From the NCBI GenBank assembly GCA_951406725.2, contig OX597824.1, positions 77,128,001 through 77,192,000 on the forward strand: 64,000 nt of DNA, written 5' to 3'. Source of the DNA: Octopus vulgaris. Taxonomy: Eukaryota. The notes beneath the pieces were generated by a model. That model was given only the letters and a program-made list of their open reading frames with translations, was not told the origin of the DNA and made no database searches. Every line of letters starts with the position of its first letter. Positions within the stretch are counted from its first letter, which is position 1. The translations under genes and the position numbers were made by a program. Below are positions 1 through 13,113 of this stretch, piece after piece.

Positions 1-130
1 TTTATTATTTTGCACATTACTTAATCATCGTTATAGTTTTTATCTTATATTTACTCTTTCTATAAGATGTAATTTTCTAGATGGTGTAATTTAATTTTTC
101 ATTATTGAATTGATAAAAGGTGTTTTTTTT

Positions 131-171
<41 letters not shown>

Positions 172-173
<2 letters not shown>

Positions 174-392
174 TGGAGTAAACACATAAATGTGAAACAA
201 GGTAGGAAAAAGAGTACTCAAACACCAGGGGTAGTGTAATATGCTTTATTTAAAAGCAGCAGAAAATTCAACAAAATCTGTTACTCTGAGTTTCACGTTC
301 CTGTTATTCTAGCAAAAACTGTCCGACCAACAGGAACGTGAAACTCAGAGTAACAGGTTTTGTTGAATTTTCTGCTGCTTTTAAATAAAGTG
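172..392. mobile_element. Fold-back element in (TA)n with a degenerate hammerhead motif (probable Penelope pseudo-LTR remnant)
   Basis: Inverted arms of about 62 bp at 244-305 and 329-390, with TA repeats on both sides. Plus-strand motif ctgt-ccgacca-acaggaacgt-gaaa-ctcagag-ta-acag at 319-356. Confidence 0.6.
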
Positions 393-919
393 TATATATA
401 TATACGATGGTTCTAGAACAGCTATCCACTACATAATTGTCCCCATAATTCTTCCTTGAACATTTGCCCCCATACGACAACTATCCTTGGTATCCTCTTG
501 GATAATTTTATCCCTTTTAAAATGAAATTAAGGAAAGGCATAGCTGTAAGATGCAAATATATATCAATAAAGCTGGTTTTGTTATGTTTTTATCTATTAT
601 CTAGCAAGAAGAAGAATGTATTAATATTTGTATTCTTATATTATATTATCATAATTATACCCCCAAAATAAGCAAACTGTGGTCTCTATACAAATGCAAT
701 CATTAATAATTATAATTAATAATTGCATTATTACAATAAAAGGATTATTACAATAATTAGTAATTATTAATGCTTATTTGCACCCTCATAATTGGGAAAA
801 GTATCCAGGAGGCATCTGTCAAGAAGCAGTTGTCAAGAGGTGTATATAGTGGAGGGGATAAGCAATGGTCCTGATATCATACAAAGATGTTGTCCAATCT
901 ATCCTTCATTTATATATTT

Positions 920-1310
920 ACTCTTTTACTTGTTTCAGTCATTTGACTGTGGTCATGCTGGAGCACCGCCTTTAGTCGAGCAAATCGACACCAGGATTTA
1001 CTTTTTGTAAGCCTAGTACTTATTCTATTAGTCTCTTTTGTCGAACTGCTAAGTTACGGGAATGTAAACACACCAGCATCAGTTGTCAAGTGGTGTTGGG
1101 GGGACAAACAGACACACACACATACATATATATATATACATATATACAATAGGCTTCTTTCAGTTTCCATCTACCAAATCCACTCACAAGGCTTTGGTCG
1201 GCCCAAAGATATAGTAGAAGACACTTGCCCAAGGTGACACGCAGTGGGACTGAACCTGGAACTATGTGGTTGGTAAGCAAGCTACTTACCACACAGCCAC
1301 TCCTACGCCT
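920..1310 (-). mobile_element. tRNA-headed SINE family A, full length
   Basis: Minus strand begins ggcgtaggagtggctgtgtggtaag (A-box-like) then ggttcagtccc (B-box-like), has an internal (TA)n and ends gactgaaacaagtaaaagag. More than 10 related copies in the window. Confidence 0.9.
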
Positions 1311-1817
1311 TTTTATTTTAGTGTGTGTGATTTGAAAGTAATTTGATTGTTATTTCTAGTTTGATGAGTGACCATGTAAAGTGTTGCATACACAACAAAA
1401 CGTAAATTCTAGTGAAAACGTTTCTCATTTAGATGGCCTTTGATTGTAGTCTGTTAACAGTTTTTTATAATTTAAAGAAAATCATTGTTATTTTCATTGT
1501 CAGTCATGTTTTGCATCTGCTTTTCCACACTGACATGGGTTAGGTGGGTCATTGCAGACCAAGTCAATTGTTTTATGAAATTACTGTCTGCCAAAATGGA
1601 TAAGGGATCACATCTCACATGGTACATTTTCGACATTGTTTTTCTGGTGGGCTGCTTTTCCTATGACCAATCCCTTGGCAAAGCATAGTGGATACTCTTT
1701 ATCAGGTCATTAGAACTAAAGAAGTTGTCATGTCCCTAGCAAGATGACAAATCCTCTCTCTACCTTGTGTTGCTTTCGTTCACTAGCTAACCACTTTACA
1801 GAGAGCATAGCAGGTGT

Positions 1818-2237
1818 ACTTGCCTTTCATCCTTCCGGGGTCGATAAATTAAGTACTAGTTACACACTGGGATCGATGTAATCGACTTAATCCGTTTGTC
1901 TGTCCTTGTTTGTCCCCTCTGTGTTTAGCCCCTTGTGGGTAGTAAAGAACAACACCACCACTTGCCTTTCATCCTTTCGGGGTCGATAAATTAAGTACTA
2001 GTTACGCACTGGGGTCGATGTAATCGACTTAATCCGTTTGTCTGTCTTTGTTTGTCCCCTCTGTGTTTAGCCCCTTGTGGGTAGTAAAGAACAACACCAC
2101 CACTTGCCTTTCATCCTTTCGGGGTCGATAAATTAAGTACTAGTTATGCACTGGGGTCGATGTAATCGACTTAATCCATTTGTCTGTCCTTGTTTGTCCC
2201 CTCTGTGTTTAGCCCCTTGTGGGTAATAAAGAAATAG
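1818..2237 (+). mobile_element. SINE family B 3' part, three tandem 142-bp units
   Basis: Units cttgcctttcatcc...ccccttgtgggtagtaaagaa start at 1819, 1961 and 2103. The array is bracketed by aggtgtactt. Confidence 0.9.
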
Positions 2238-2330
2238 GTGTACTTTATCATGGCACCAGCACTAGATAAGTTGTTGTGTCTCCAGCAAGACTAAACAGCA
2301 CACACCCACACATACTCTCTTTTCCCTTCT

Positions 2331-2373
<43 letters not shown>

Positions 2374-3288
2374 GTTGTCTCTGTTCATTCATTCATTCAT
2401 TCACTGGCACCAGACAACTTGTCTCATCCCTGACAAGATAAAAGAGAAGACCACCACCACCACCACCACCCTTACACACACACAAACACCTATCTTCCCT
2501 GTGTTGTCACCGTACAATGTTTGGCTGGTTTCTACATCACTGCAAGTTGATGACAGAATGATAAAAGGTAACACGTGTAGAACTCACATAATAAATCACG
2601 TAAGTGCAAACTGAATAAACACAAATTCCACCATCTCGTCTTAAGATGTGCTCTTTTTCACAGAAGCTTCAATGCTTAGGTAACGGATGATACTTGTCTT
2701 TTTTCTTGCTTCTCTTTTTCTCTCAGTGTCAACAACCTTTATATGTATTACATTTCATAACACTTATTTCTCTCTGAGCATCTTCCTCTCAATCCAGCAC
2801 ATTATAACCTCCTTCATTCTCTCTATCGTTCATTCTCCACCCACCTCTGTCTTTCTTGCTCTTGCTCTTTCTTTTCGTTATATTATGCTCAATCTGCAAT
2901 CCAGTAAATTTTTTTTTCTCCTTTTTCTTCTCTGTCATCTCTTCTTACCACCTCACATTTCCTACAAGACTATGGTTCCAATGTAACAAGTTCTATACAA
3001 AAAAGGAAAAAAAAAACAAAAAAAAACATGACAAAAGATTATAAGCCTCTATCGCTTATGGTTATTTCTATGGCATCGCAACTGTCTTGTCGTGGGTGTC
3101 AGATATTACCTGAGGGAAAATTAATTTCTTATCAATTAAAAGCTCTTATGTTTTACACACACACACACATATACACACAACACAACAGAGACAGATACAC
3201 TCACTGTCATAAACAAACACACACAGACACACATACAAACAAACACACATACACACATAACACACTGAGACATAATAACAGACTTAAG

Positions 3289-3487
3289 CACATACATACA
3301 TACATACATACACACATACATACATATATACATATATACATACATACATACATACATATATACATATATACATACATACATACATACATACATAAATACA
3401 TACATACATGCATACATACATATATACATACATACATGCATACATACATACATATATACATATATACATACATACATACATACATAA

Positions 3488-3518
<31 letters not shown>

Positions 3519-3582
3519 CATACATATACATATACATACATACATATATACATACATACATATACATACATATATACATACA

Positions 3583-3644
<62 letters not shown>

Positions 3645-3649
3645 CATAC

Positions 3650-3680
<31 letters not shown>

Positions 3681-3740
3681 CATACATACATACATACATA
3701 CATACATACACACATACATATATACGTACGTATACACATA
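3289..3740. repeat. (CATA)n/(TA)n compound microsatellite
   Basis: Direct reading; source of the HTYI/MYVC pseudo-ORFs. Confidence 0.97.
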
Positions 3741-4137
3741 CTGATGTATATTTTAGTACACTTACAACAATTATTTACAATATTTAGTAGTAACGGTTGT
3801 ACAACAGTAGCTAAGTGCCACATGTTGGGCCCACCCATGACATTAACCTTTATTAATTAACTTTTAACCAATAACATTTCTATTCCCCTGCACCCCCCCC
3901 CCCGCCATTTTCTATCAATTTAGTTTATTTATTTATTTACTCTTTAACCTATTTTTCCAAAATCAACATCAGTCATTCATTATTCAGCATCATCAGTCAC
4001 CCCCACCCCCACCACCACCTCAAACAACTGCTGCTGTGCAAAGCAAGAGCAGACATACTCTGGCATATATGTATGTATGCATGCATGTATGTATGTACGT
4101 ATGTATGTATGTAGGTATGTATGCATATGTGAGTATA

Positions 4138-4243
<106 letters not shown>

Positions 4244-4335
4244 CTAATGACTAATTCGTCTTATGTGCTGGGCCACTGGTAGTAATCTATGTTATTACCC
4301 TTTTTTGATTATATATATATATATATATATATATA

Positions 4336-4374
<39 letters not shown>

Positions 4375-4380
4375 GGGGAG

Positions 4381-4427
<47 letters not shown>

Positions 4428-4965
4428 CAGAGACGCACACAGACACATTTTGAAGACGAACAGATTCTGAAACATCATAATTAAGTCTTAGGGTCACACT
4501 TAGCCACAAGCTAATAATTCTAGAGTTGAACTTTTCCTGTCTTGTGTGTGTGTGTGTGGTGTGTGTGTGTTTACTTTTAGTGGGTTTTATGTCTTTTTGT
4601 TCTGTCTTACAATTTCTTTCCCTTTTCTCTCTCTCTTTGTCTTCCTCTCTATATGTATGTATGTATGTTACTGCCCGGGTATCAAAAGTACAGTGATATT
4701 CATTTGGCAGCTGATGAAAGGAATAAATATTCATTATTCTTGTTTACAAAATTTCTCTGTTTTAGTTTCATTATTCTGAGTTGTGCATCCATCTAGTAAA
4801 GTAGGGAGTGTTTGTGGATTCATGACTTGTGAAGATTACTTATAATGACATCGGTTGTTTTTCTTCATATATAATCCTATTAAGTTTAGATTACACTTAG
4901 ATGTTGATGTCTAGGTTTGAGAGGTTCTGTGGCATATATATACATACATACTTACATATGAACAC

Positions 4966-5013
<48 letters not shown>

Positions 5014-5029
5014 TTTTATGTGTATCTGA

Positions 5030-5348
5030 AGGTACATGGCTAAGTGGTTAGGGTATTTGGCTCACACTGTAGGGTTGTGAGTTCAATTCCCAGTGACGCG
5101 TTGTGTCCTTGAGCAAGATACTTTATTTCACATTGCTCCAGTCCACTCAGCTGGCGAAAATGAGTAATACTTGTATTTCAAAGGGCCAGCCTTGTCATAT
5201 TCTGTGTCATGCAGAATCTCCCTGAGAACTACTTTATGAGTACACATGTCTGTGGAGTGCTCAGCCACTTGCATGTTAATTTCACAAGCAGGCTGTTCCA
5301 TCAATTAGATCAACTGGAAAATTCATCATCGCAACCGATGGAGTACCA
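5030..5348 (+). mobile_element. tRNA-headed SINE family E
   Basis: tggctaagtgg (A box) and gagttcaattccc (B box), followed by a SINE central-domain-like gtgtccttgagcaagatacttt...ccactcagctg. Confidence 0.75.
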
Positions 5349-5974
5349 GGCAGTCGGTATGTACGTGTGTCAATGTGTGATGATGACCAGACACTATCAC
5401 TCTTTCTCCCTTTTCACCAATGTCCATTTTCTGTTTTGTGCATCACATGCGAATGATGCAGTAACAATGAGATAAAGTATTAGGGTTTGCATAATCAACT
5501 AAAAACTCATGGAAAAAAAAGAACTCTTCCCTAACATATCTGCTGTGAATGGATGAAACCCAAAAGAGGAGAATAAAAGAAGTTATTGAAAACACATTAG
5601 GAAATATAAAACCAAAGCAAAACACTGCAGATGGAAAAGAGACAGAGAGTTGCACTCAGATGTGCAGCCAATGCATTCAATAGAGATAAAGGTAACAATA
5701 GACTTAGCAAACTGTATGAATTTAATTAATTAATAATGATATTTCTGGCAGCATCCTGCTGGTCATATGAAATATTTATATAAAATATTGGGGATAAAAT
5801 CGCCAGAACTATAGAAATATTTGATATATGCGTACATTATGTATATGCAAGCATATGGATATGTGATCTAAATATGTAAGGTACTTGATGGACAAGGGGA
5901 TAAAAGAGGAAGGGCTTTATATATATATATTTTTTTTCACAAAACATACACATACATACATATATGTGTGTGTA

Positions 5975-6036
<62 letters not shown>

Positions 6037-6084
6037 CGTAAATGTAGAACAGTGAAACGAGTGCTCAACACCGCATTGGTGGAT

Positions 6085-6409
6085 ATATAATTTCTTTATT
6101 TGGGAATTAAGGCTACCATTGGTTTCATGTTAAGAAAAGTAGGAAAATATCCTAGTGTTTTTGGAAAACAGTCTCATTTTGTTCATGGGATTTCTCGTAA
6201 ATTCATGTGAATGAATCAATGAAACAATTTCATTGCTTCATTTCTACAAATTTACAAGAAATCTCATAACTAAACGAGACTGTTTTCCAAAATGGAGGTG
6301 AACACCTTTTTCCATGTGATCTGCTTGAAAAATTATTCAGACACTTGGATATTTTCCTAGACTTCTTAAAATTAAACTAATGGCAACCTTAATTCATAGA
6401 TAAAGAAAT

Positions 6410-6414
<5 letters not shown>
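6085..6414. repeat. Diverged fold-back inverted repeat
   Basis: Arms pair through most of their length, e.g. ttttggaaaacagtctc/gagactgttttccaaaa and aggaaaatatcc/ggatattttcct. Confidence 0.8.
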
Positions 6415-6444
<30 letters not shown>

Positions 6445-6650
6445 ATTCACAAAGCACACACACACACATATATAAACATAATAAAATAGGGTAATAATAA
6501 ATTATTAATACCAGTGGCATAGCACAAAAAACGAATTAGTCATTAGACTATATAGTCTAATATATAGTCTATATATATATCTACCTATATATATATATAT
6601 ATATATTGATAAAAATGGTAAGATAACAAAAGAAAGACAGAGACCTCGAC

Positions 6651-6694
<44 letters not shown>

Positions 6695-6696
<2 letters not shown>

Positions 6697-6900
6697 GGGA
6701 AGCTTTATGAAAATAAACAAAAGACGAAGGCAGGTGGAATACAAACAAACAATTGTATTAGTATGGTGCTCAGGAATATAAATAAAACAAGTCTTTTACG
6801 TTTCGAGCCTACACTCTTCAACAGAAAGATACACAGAAAAGAAACACAGAAAGAAACAAGGAGAGAAAAAAATGCGTGCAGAGCAAATCAACATGGCGAT
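6695..6900 (-). mobile_element. TA-embedded element family H1 with a minimal hammerhead-like motif
   Basis: Minus strand reads tcttt-ctgttga-agagtgtaggctc-gaaacgt-a-aaaga at 6792-6829. Homologous to copies near 18.6, 20.1, 31.9, 37.4 and 50.8 kb. Confidence 0.75.
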
Positions 6901-6947
6901 GTATATATATATATTAGGGGATATATATATACATAGATATATATGCT

Positions 6948-6990
<43 letters not shown>

Positions 6991-7201
6991 CAAATCTTAG
7001 CATATATATCCTAAAAAACAAACATTTATGATAACTATGTATGAGTATGGTGCTAACTATACACATGCAATCATCATCACATCATCAGAGACATGAATCA
7101 TAACAAATTACATGGAAGATAATAATGGGAAATAAAACCTATTGTTTTAGCTACAACCTGATAAAGTTGATGACATTCTTTACAACAGATCTCAAAATTT
7201 C

Positions 7202-7731
7202 AGCCTCAGACTCGATATGGAGGCTTACATCAAGTGCGAGGAGGAGGTAGCACTGCCATGGGTCAATAGGGTGGCTCCTGGAAGACCCTATGTTTGGCAA
7301 TAGGACTCTACCCCATGCCACACAAGCAGGAGAACCCAGTCGTGGCTGTCAGACAAATTTCTGTGACCACATCGCCCCTAGCAACTGGTCACCTAACTCC
7401 CCACATTGCAGCCCCCTTGATTATTATGTGTGGGGGCACAGTTGAGCATGAGATCAACAAAGCTCCTTGTAACACCAAAGATGAACTGAAGGCAAGGATT
7501 ATGACAGCATTCACCAACAAACAAGGAGGCCTGTCCAGAAGAAATGCAAGAGATTCTGAAATCGTCTGGAGGCTGTGGTTGAAGCCAACGGGGATTTTAT
7601 TGAATAAATTTACTCTTAAGTATTTCGAGATATTTTTTTGTAATTTTGGTTAATATATCTGTTAAAATGAGATGTCAGTGTTATTTTCATTTTTGCATAA
7701 TTTAGATGACAATATATTCACTGCACCTTGT
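7202..7731 (+). mobile_element. Tc1/mariner-superfamily transposase fossil (3' part)
   Basis: Frameshifted translation PWVNRVAPGRPYVWQ*DSTPCHTSRRTQSWL...WSPNSP...PLDYYVWGTVE...NTKDELKARI...RLEAVVEANGDFIE matches the DD(D/E) catalytic-domain C-terminus. Confidence 0.85.
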
Positions 7732-8053
7732 TTATGTATGTGTGTATGTGTGTGACTGTGTGTGTGTGTGTGTATGCATATGTTTTGTGAATGTGTAATA
7801 TCAACATATTTCTACATCAGACCTCTTTCTCCGAACCTCGTGACTAACATTCTACATACTATGTACGTTTCATTAATGTTACTAATTAGCTTATTAAAAC
7901 TTCAGTAAAGTCTTGCTTATTATTTTTAGTAAATAGCAATGTATTTCATAGTATGAAATAAACTTACTTTTTTTACTCATAGTCCATCTGGCTCTCATTA
8001 GCTTTGTCAAAAATGTCATACTGCATATTAGTATTATAATTATTATTATTATT

Positions 8054-8086
<33 letters not shown>

Positions 8087-8141
8087 ATTATTATTATTAT
8101 TATTACTATTACTATTATTAGTATTATTATTGTTGTTGTTG

Positions 8142-8207
<66 letters not shown>

Positions 8208-8577
8208 GTCGTTGTTTTTGTTGTTGTTGTTGTTATGATTATTCTTATTGTTATTATTCAGCATTTGGTAGTTTCAGGCAAATTTCTACTTCATCATCTA
8301 CTACACCTTCGTGTTACTGAGATGTGTGTGCAGCATTGTGTGTTCTGTTTTTGTTGATGGGGGAGTGCAATCTCTTCCTGGTATTGTATTACATTAGTTC
8401 GTTTTGTTATGGGGTCTGGTATTATTATTACTATTACCATTGTTATTATTATTATTATTTTTTTTTTTTTTTTTCCAGTAAATAGCTATGCACTTTTGTA
8501 GTATCAATATACATAGCTTTGGCTTAGCTGCAACCAAATTTAAAAAGCTGAGATATAAATGCTTTGGCCATTTTACT

Positions 8578-9006
8578 CCCCTCTGTTTCCTGTTTGGCTA
8601 ATGTAATTCTCATTGCCCTGTAGGCACGTGATACATTAGCGAGCTTCTTGTTTTCCATTTCATGTTTGCATTAACCTCTCATTCTTTTCTATTCTTGTTT
8701 CCTGTTCAATTAATTCACATGTCCCACAATACGTGTCTCCACTGTTTGTCTCCACCGGTATTATTTCTTCTTCCAGCAAATTTTGCCTTCGTTTGGTTCA
8801 AAACAGAATCAAAATTAATTTACCATTTGAAAGTGCACAAATAGCGAATTAAGTATTTATCTCTTAGAAATGTTCAATATAATGAACATCTGGAGATATA
8901 CGCTAATGAAAAATTCAAAACATTTCCTTTTTGCGAAATAATAGAAGGAAACGATCAAATGAAAAAAGGGAATACTTTATAAGAATTCTATGTTTGAAAC
9001 TCAACC
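8578..9006. mobile_element. Penelope-like element GIY-YIG endonuclease fossil with a 5' inversion
   Basis: Minus 8812 to 8578: TKAKF...GDTYCGTCELI...NANMK...ITCLQGNENYISQTG. Plus 8830-9006: VHK*RIKYLSLRNVQYNEHLEIYANEKFKTFPFCEI...EYFIRILCLKLN. Confidence 0.75.
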
Positions 9007-9169
9007 AGAAACAGTCAGCGCTAGGACTAAAAGCAACTTCCTCTATATGGATTACACTAGAACAGGTGTGATTGGAACATTGAACAATAAAAATACTTAC
9101 ACACAATACAGAATTTTCGTTCCAGAATGCACATGTCGTTTGGTTTTTCTAAGATGCATTTTAAATACT

Positions 9170-9373
9170 CTCTTTTGCTTGTTTCAGTTATTTGAGTGTG
9201 GCCATGCTGGAGCACCACCTTTAGTCGAGCAAATTGATCCGAGGACTTATTCTTTGCATGCCTAGCACTTATTCTATTGGTTTCTTTTTGCCAAATCACT
9301 AAGTTATGAGGACATAAACACACCAGCATCAGTTGTCAAGTGATGCTGGGGGACAAACACAGATACACAAACA

Positions 9374-9457
<84 letters not shown>

Positions 9458-9472
9458 ACACACAGCAAAGCC

Positions 9473-9537
<65 letters not shown>

Positions 9538-9697
9538 GACGGGCTTCTTTCAGTTTCTGTCTACCAAATCTACTCACAAGGCTTTGGTTGGCCCGAGGCT
9601 ATAGTAGACGACACTAGCCCAAGGTGCCATGCAGTGGGACTGAACCTGGAACTATGTGGTCGGTAAGCAAGCTACTTACCACACAGTCACTCCTACA
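9170..9697 (-). mobile_element. SINE family A
   Basis: Homologous to 920-1310, with an expanded internal CA/TA tract. Confidence 0.9.
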
Positions 9698-10087
9698 CTT
9701 ACTTCTTAAGAAAATCTTTCATCAAATATTTTTACAGTATCAGGTAATTTTTGCAAAAACATTTGAATATATATATATAAGATGCTTGCAAATGGAGAAA
9801 TTTACCTTTGCTCAAAATAAATGAGGAATAAACATTAAAACAACAGGATGAATAATTGGCTACAAGTGATTATCCAATCAAAACTTTAATTGAAGATAGC
9901 TTGCATCTAAATTTACGAACAATTCCACATCATACAATGCAGAATAGATAAATGAAAAACTTTAAACAGTTAAATCAAAGGATATTAAAGAGAAGACCCT
10001 CAAGAAACTGCACTGGTATTATAATAGGGTTGCTATAGCAATGGTTACTAATCGATGCAGTGGAAACACGTGTAGGTCTACTTGAAG

Positions 10088-10130
<43 letters not shown>

Positions 10131-10374
10131 ATTTCTAAATCTCTCGTAGAGACATGTATGGTGGTGGGGCGATATGGTTGTATACTGTCAATCTAACAAG
10201 AACGTGACAGTAGGGGTACACCACCGCTGTATAGCCCTAGGAAGCATCGAACGCCTCCTGATAGCTTTGACACATTTTTTTCTTTCTTTTTTTTCTTTTT
10301 GTGTCAAAGCTATCAGGAGCATTCGATGTTTCTAGCTATACAGCGTGGTAGTTCTGTTAGATTGACAGTATAAC

Positions 10375-10410
<36 letters not shown>

Positions 10411-10467
10411 GAAATAAAAGTAATGCTATGCTTCTTTGTAACAATCCTTATTATTATTATTATTATT

Positions 10468-10936
10468 GAGTGAGAGAGAAGTGGATGCCATCAAAGTGAC
10501 ACTGGGGTAAAATATATGAAGCCCAGTATACCTATCATGACTACCTGTCTGATAAGGGTACACCAGGCACACGCATCACAACCATATGTGTTTGACATGG
10601 TGATCTCATATCAAGATAAACAGTACATGACCTTGCAGGTGGGGCCCAGTTAGAAATTTCTTCTCCTCGAGTAGCCCATCCCGCTCAAAAGGTCCCTGAA
10701 TAAGGGTTGTTTAAGGATGTTGAACGAAACACCCATGTTTCCAGAGGTGAATTATTCAAACCCCAAAGAATCCCTCTCAACACATGGCTATGATGCTCCC
10801 CGACTACTTCTGCTCGTGATCAGAGATGCACATACCGTCAGCCACTAAGGGACATGCTCAACTGGTTATGGTGAAACAACTGACAAGCAAATCTGTGGTA
10901 TTGAGCAAAATATTTGCTGTAGCCCATCTTTTATAC

Positions 10937-10938
<2 letters not shown>
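10468..10938 (-). mobile_element. Interspersed element embedded in (ATT)n, probably a non-LTR retroelement 3' end or SINE
   Basis: Higher-GC block of about 470 bp bounded on both sides by (att)n, giving an (AAT)n tail on the minus strand. Family not recognised. Confidence 0.5.
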
Positions 10939-10987
<49 letters not shown>

Positions 10988-10989
<2 letters not shown>

Positions 10990-11195
10990 GAGGTAGTGCT
11001 GAAAAGTTCCTGGCTTTAGGTATAAGAAAACACAAGAGGATCAGTTAATTCTGATTTTATTCAATATATTCCCCTCTCAGATTTACACTCTTATTGCAGC
11101 AGTCCTTCAGTTTTTCTAAGCCCTGCAAAAGAACTCGGGAGGCTGGGCCTCCAGCCAGGCCTTTTGCCAAAACCCTTAAAGCCAGGAACCCCTTG
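10988..11195. mobile_element. Mariner-type MITE
   Basis: Starts tatgaggtagtgctgaaaagttcctggcttt and has the inverted end aaagccaggaac. Related copies at 11596, 18825 and 52378. Confidence 0.7.
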
Positions 11196-11228
11196 TGTGT
11201 ATATGCATATATATATATATGGCCGCAG

Positions 11229-11265
<37 letters not shown>

Positions 11266-11464
11266 TCATGTTTTTATAATAATTACTGGTATCCTTATAT
11301 ATTACTATATTTTATATCCTATATCTTATATGTAAAGAATACTTTGTTATATGTATGTATGTTATGGTAATTATCAGTTTAGTAAATAAATAAATAAGTT
11401 AACATAATTTAATGTCTAAAAGTTGATGAACCACCTATTGTTCACCTCCATTTTCTTATTTGCT

Positions 11465-11600
<136 letters not shown>

Positions 11601-12806
11601 GGGGTGCAGAAAAGTTCCTGGTTTTGTGGAAAAGACAATACAGGGGGATCAATTAATTATGATTTTATTCTGTATATTCCCCTCTCGCCTCCTTGTGCAC
11701 ACAGACACAAACACAACCACACAGACATGCAGACATACCAGTACACACATACACATAAACATATATGCATATATATATGAACACAAGGAGAGAGAGAAAG
11801 AGGGAGAGAGAGGGAGAGAGAGAAAGAGGGAGAGAGAGGGAGAGAGAGAAAGAGAGGGAGAGAGAGAAAGAGGGAGAGAGAGGGAGAGAGAGAAAGAGAG
11901 GGAGAGAGAGAGAGAGAGAGACTGATATACAGAGCAAAGTAGGTTTCGCTAAAGAGAGAAAACAAGAAAATGAGACATTTTGAAGACGAACCCCGCCCCC
12001 ACCAAAAAACAAAAAAATAAAAGAACAGAAAATGGTAAAATAAAGAAGAGATGAGTGAGACTTATTGAAGAGACTAAAGTAGCATCTTTTCCACTCTATA
12101 TTTAATTAGACAGTACAAGTGTAAACCACTGTCTTATTACTGGTGATTAATGGCGTGCAGAAAAATATTGTAACGATTTTTATCTTAACAAATACTGATT
12201 TCTCTTCAATAAGGGCACAAGACTTTTATTGTTATCCTTTAATTATTTATATATTATTATGCCTATTTTTAAAATTATATTTGTCGACACTGTTTTTTTT
12301 TTTTTGCTTGTTTCTTTTTGCTGCTTTTTTTTTCTTTGTGAGGCTAAGCTTTTCGTTTTTTTTTTTTTTTTGTGGAAATGATTTTATCTTTTTTTCTAAC
12401 AAGAGAAAAAATGTAGGGTTTTTTTTTGTGCTGTTGTTTTATTATTTTTTTTTTTTTGGTATATATAATGAACTTGTATTGGTTTCTTGTGTATGGAAAC
12501 GTAATTTGGAAAGAAACATGATTGAGAAAGAAAAGAAAAAGGAAAATCATCAACTTCAGTAATAACATCTGCTACTACAATAATAACAACAACAACAATA
12601 ATTACTTTCCATCAAATAATTAAAAAAAATGTACATAAATAATGTACATAAATAATTTTATAAAAGTACATAAATAAGCATTATATAATGAAGATGATGA
12701 AGGTGATAATAATGATGATGATGGTGATGGTGATAATAAATAATAATGATAATGATGATGGTGATGATGTTTCATATTATTGCTGCAATTATGGTAAATA
12801 TGGGGA

Positions 12807-13113
12807 CATCATCATCATCATCATCGTTTAACATCCGTTCTCCATGCTAGGATAGATTGGACGGTTTGACCGGGGATTTGGGAAACCAGAAGGCTGCACC
12901 AGGCTCCAGTCTGATCTGGCAGTGTTTCTACAGCTGGATGCCCTTCCTAACGCCAACCACTCCGTGAGTGTAGTGGGTGCTTTTTATGTACCACCGGCAC
13001 AGGTGCCAGGCGGGGCTGGCAAACGGCCACAATCGGATTGGTGCTTTTTATGTGCCACCGGCACGGAGGTCAGTCAAGGCAGCATTGGCATTGGCCACGT
13101 TCGGATGGTGCTT
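12807..13113 (-). mobile_element. RTE-tail element family C
   Basis: Minus strand ttggcgttaggaagggcatccagctgtag...gcatggagaacggatgttaaac(gat)n. Confidence 0.9.

Noticed and set aside
3028-3860. Long ORFs of up to 238 aa, and the similar YI/HT/CV/LS ORFs throughout the window
   Set aside because: Translations of stop-free microsatellites, open in several frames at once.
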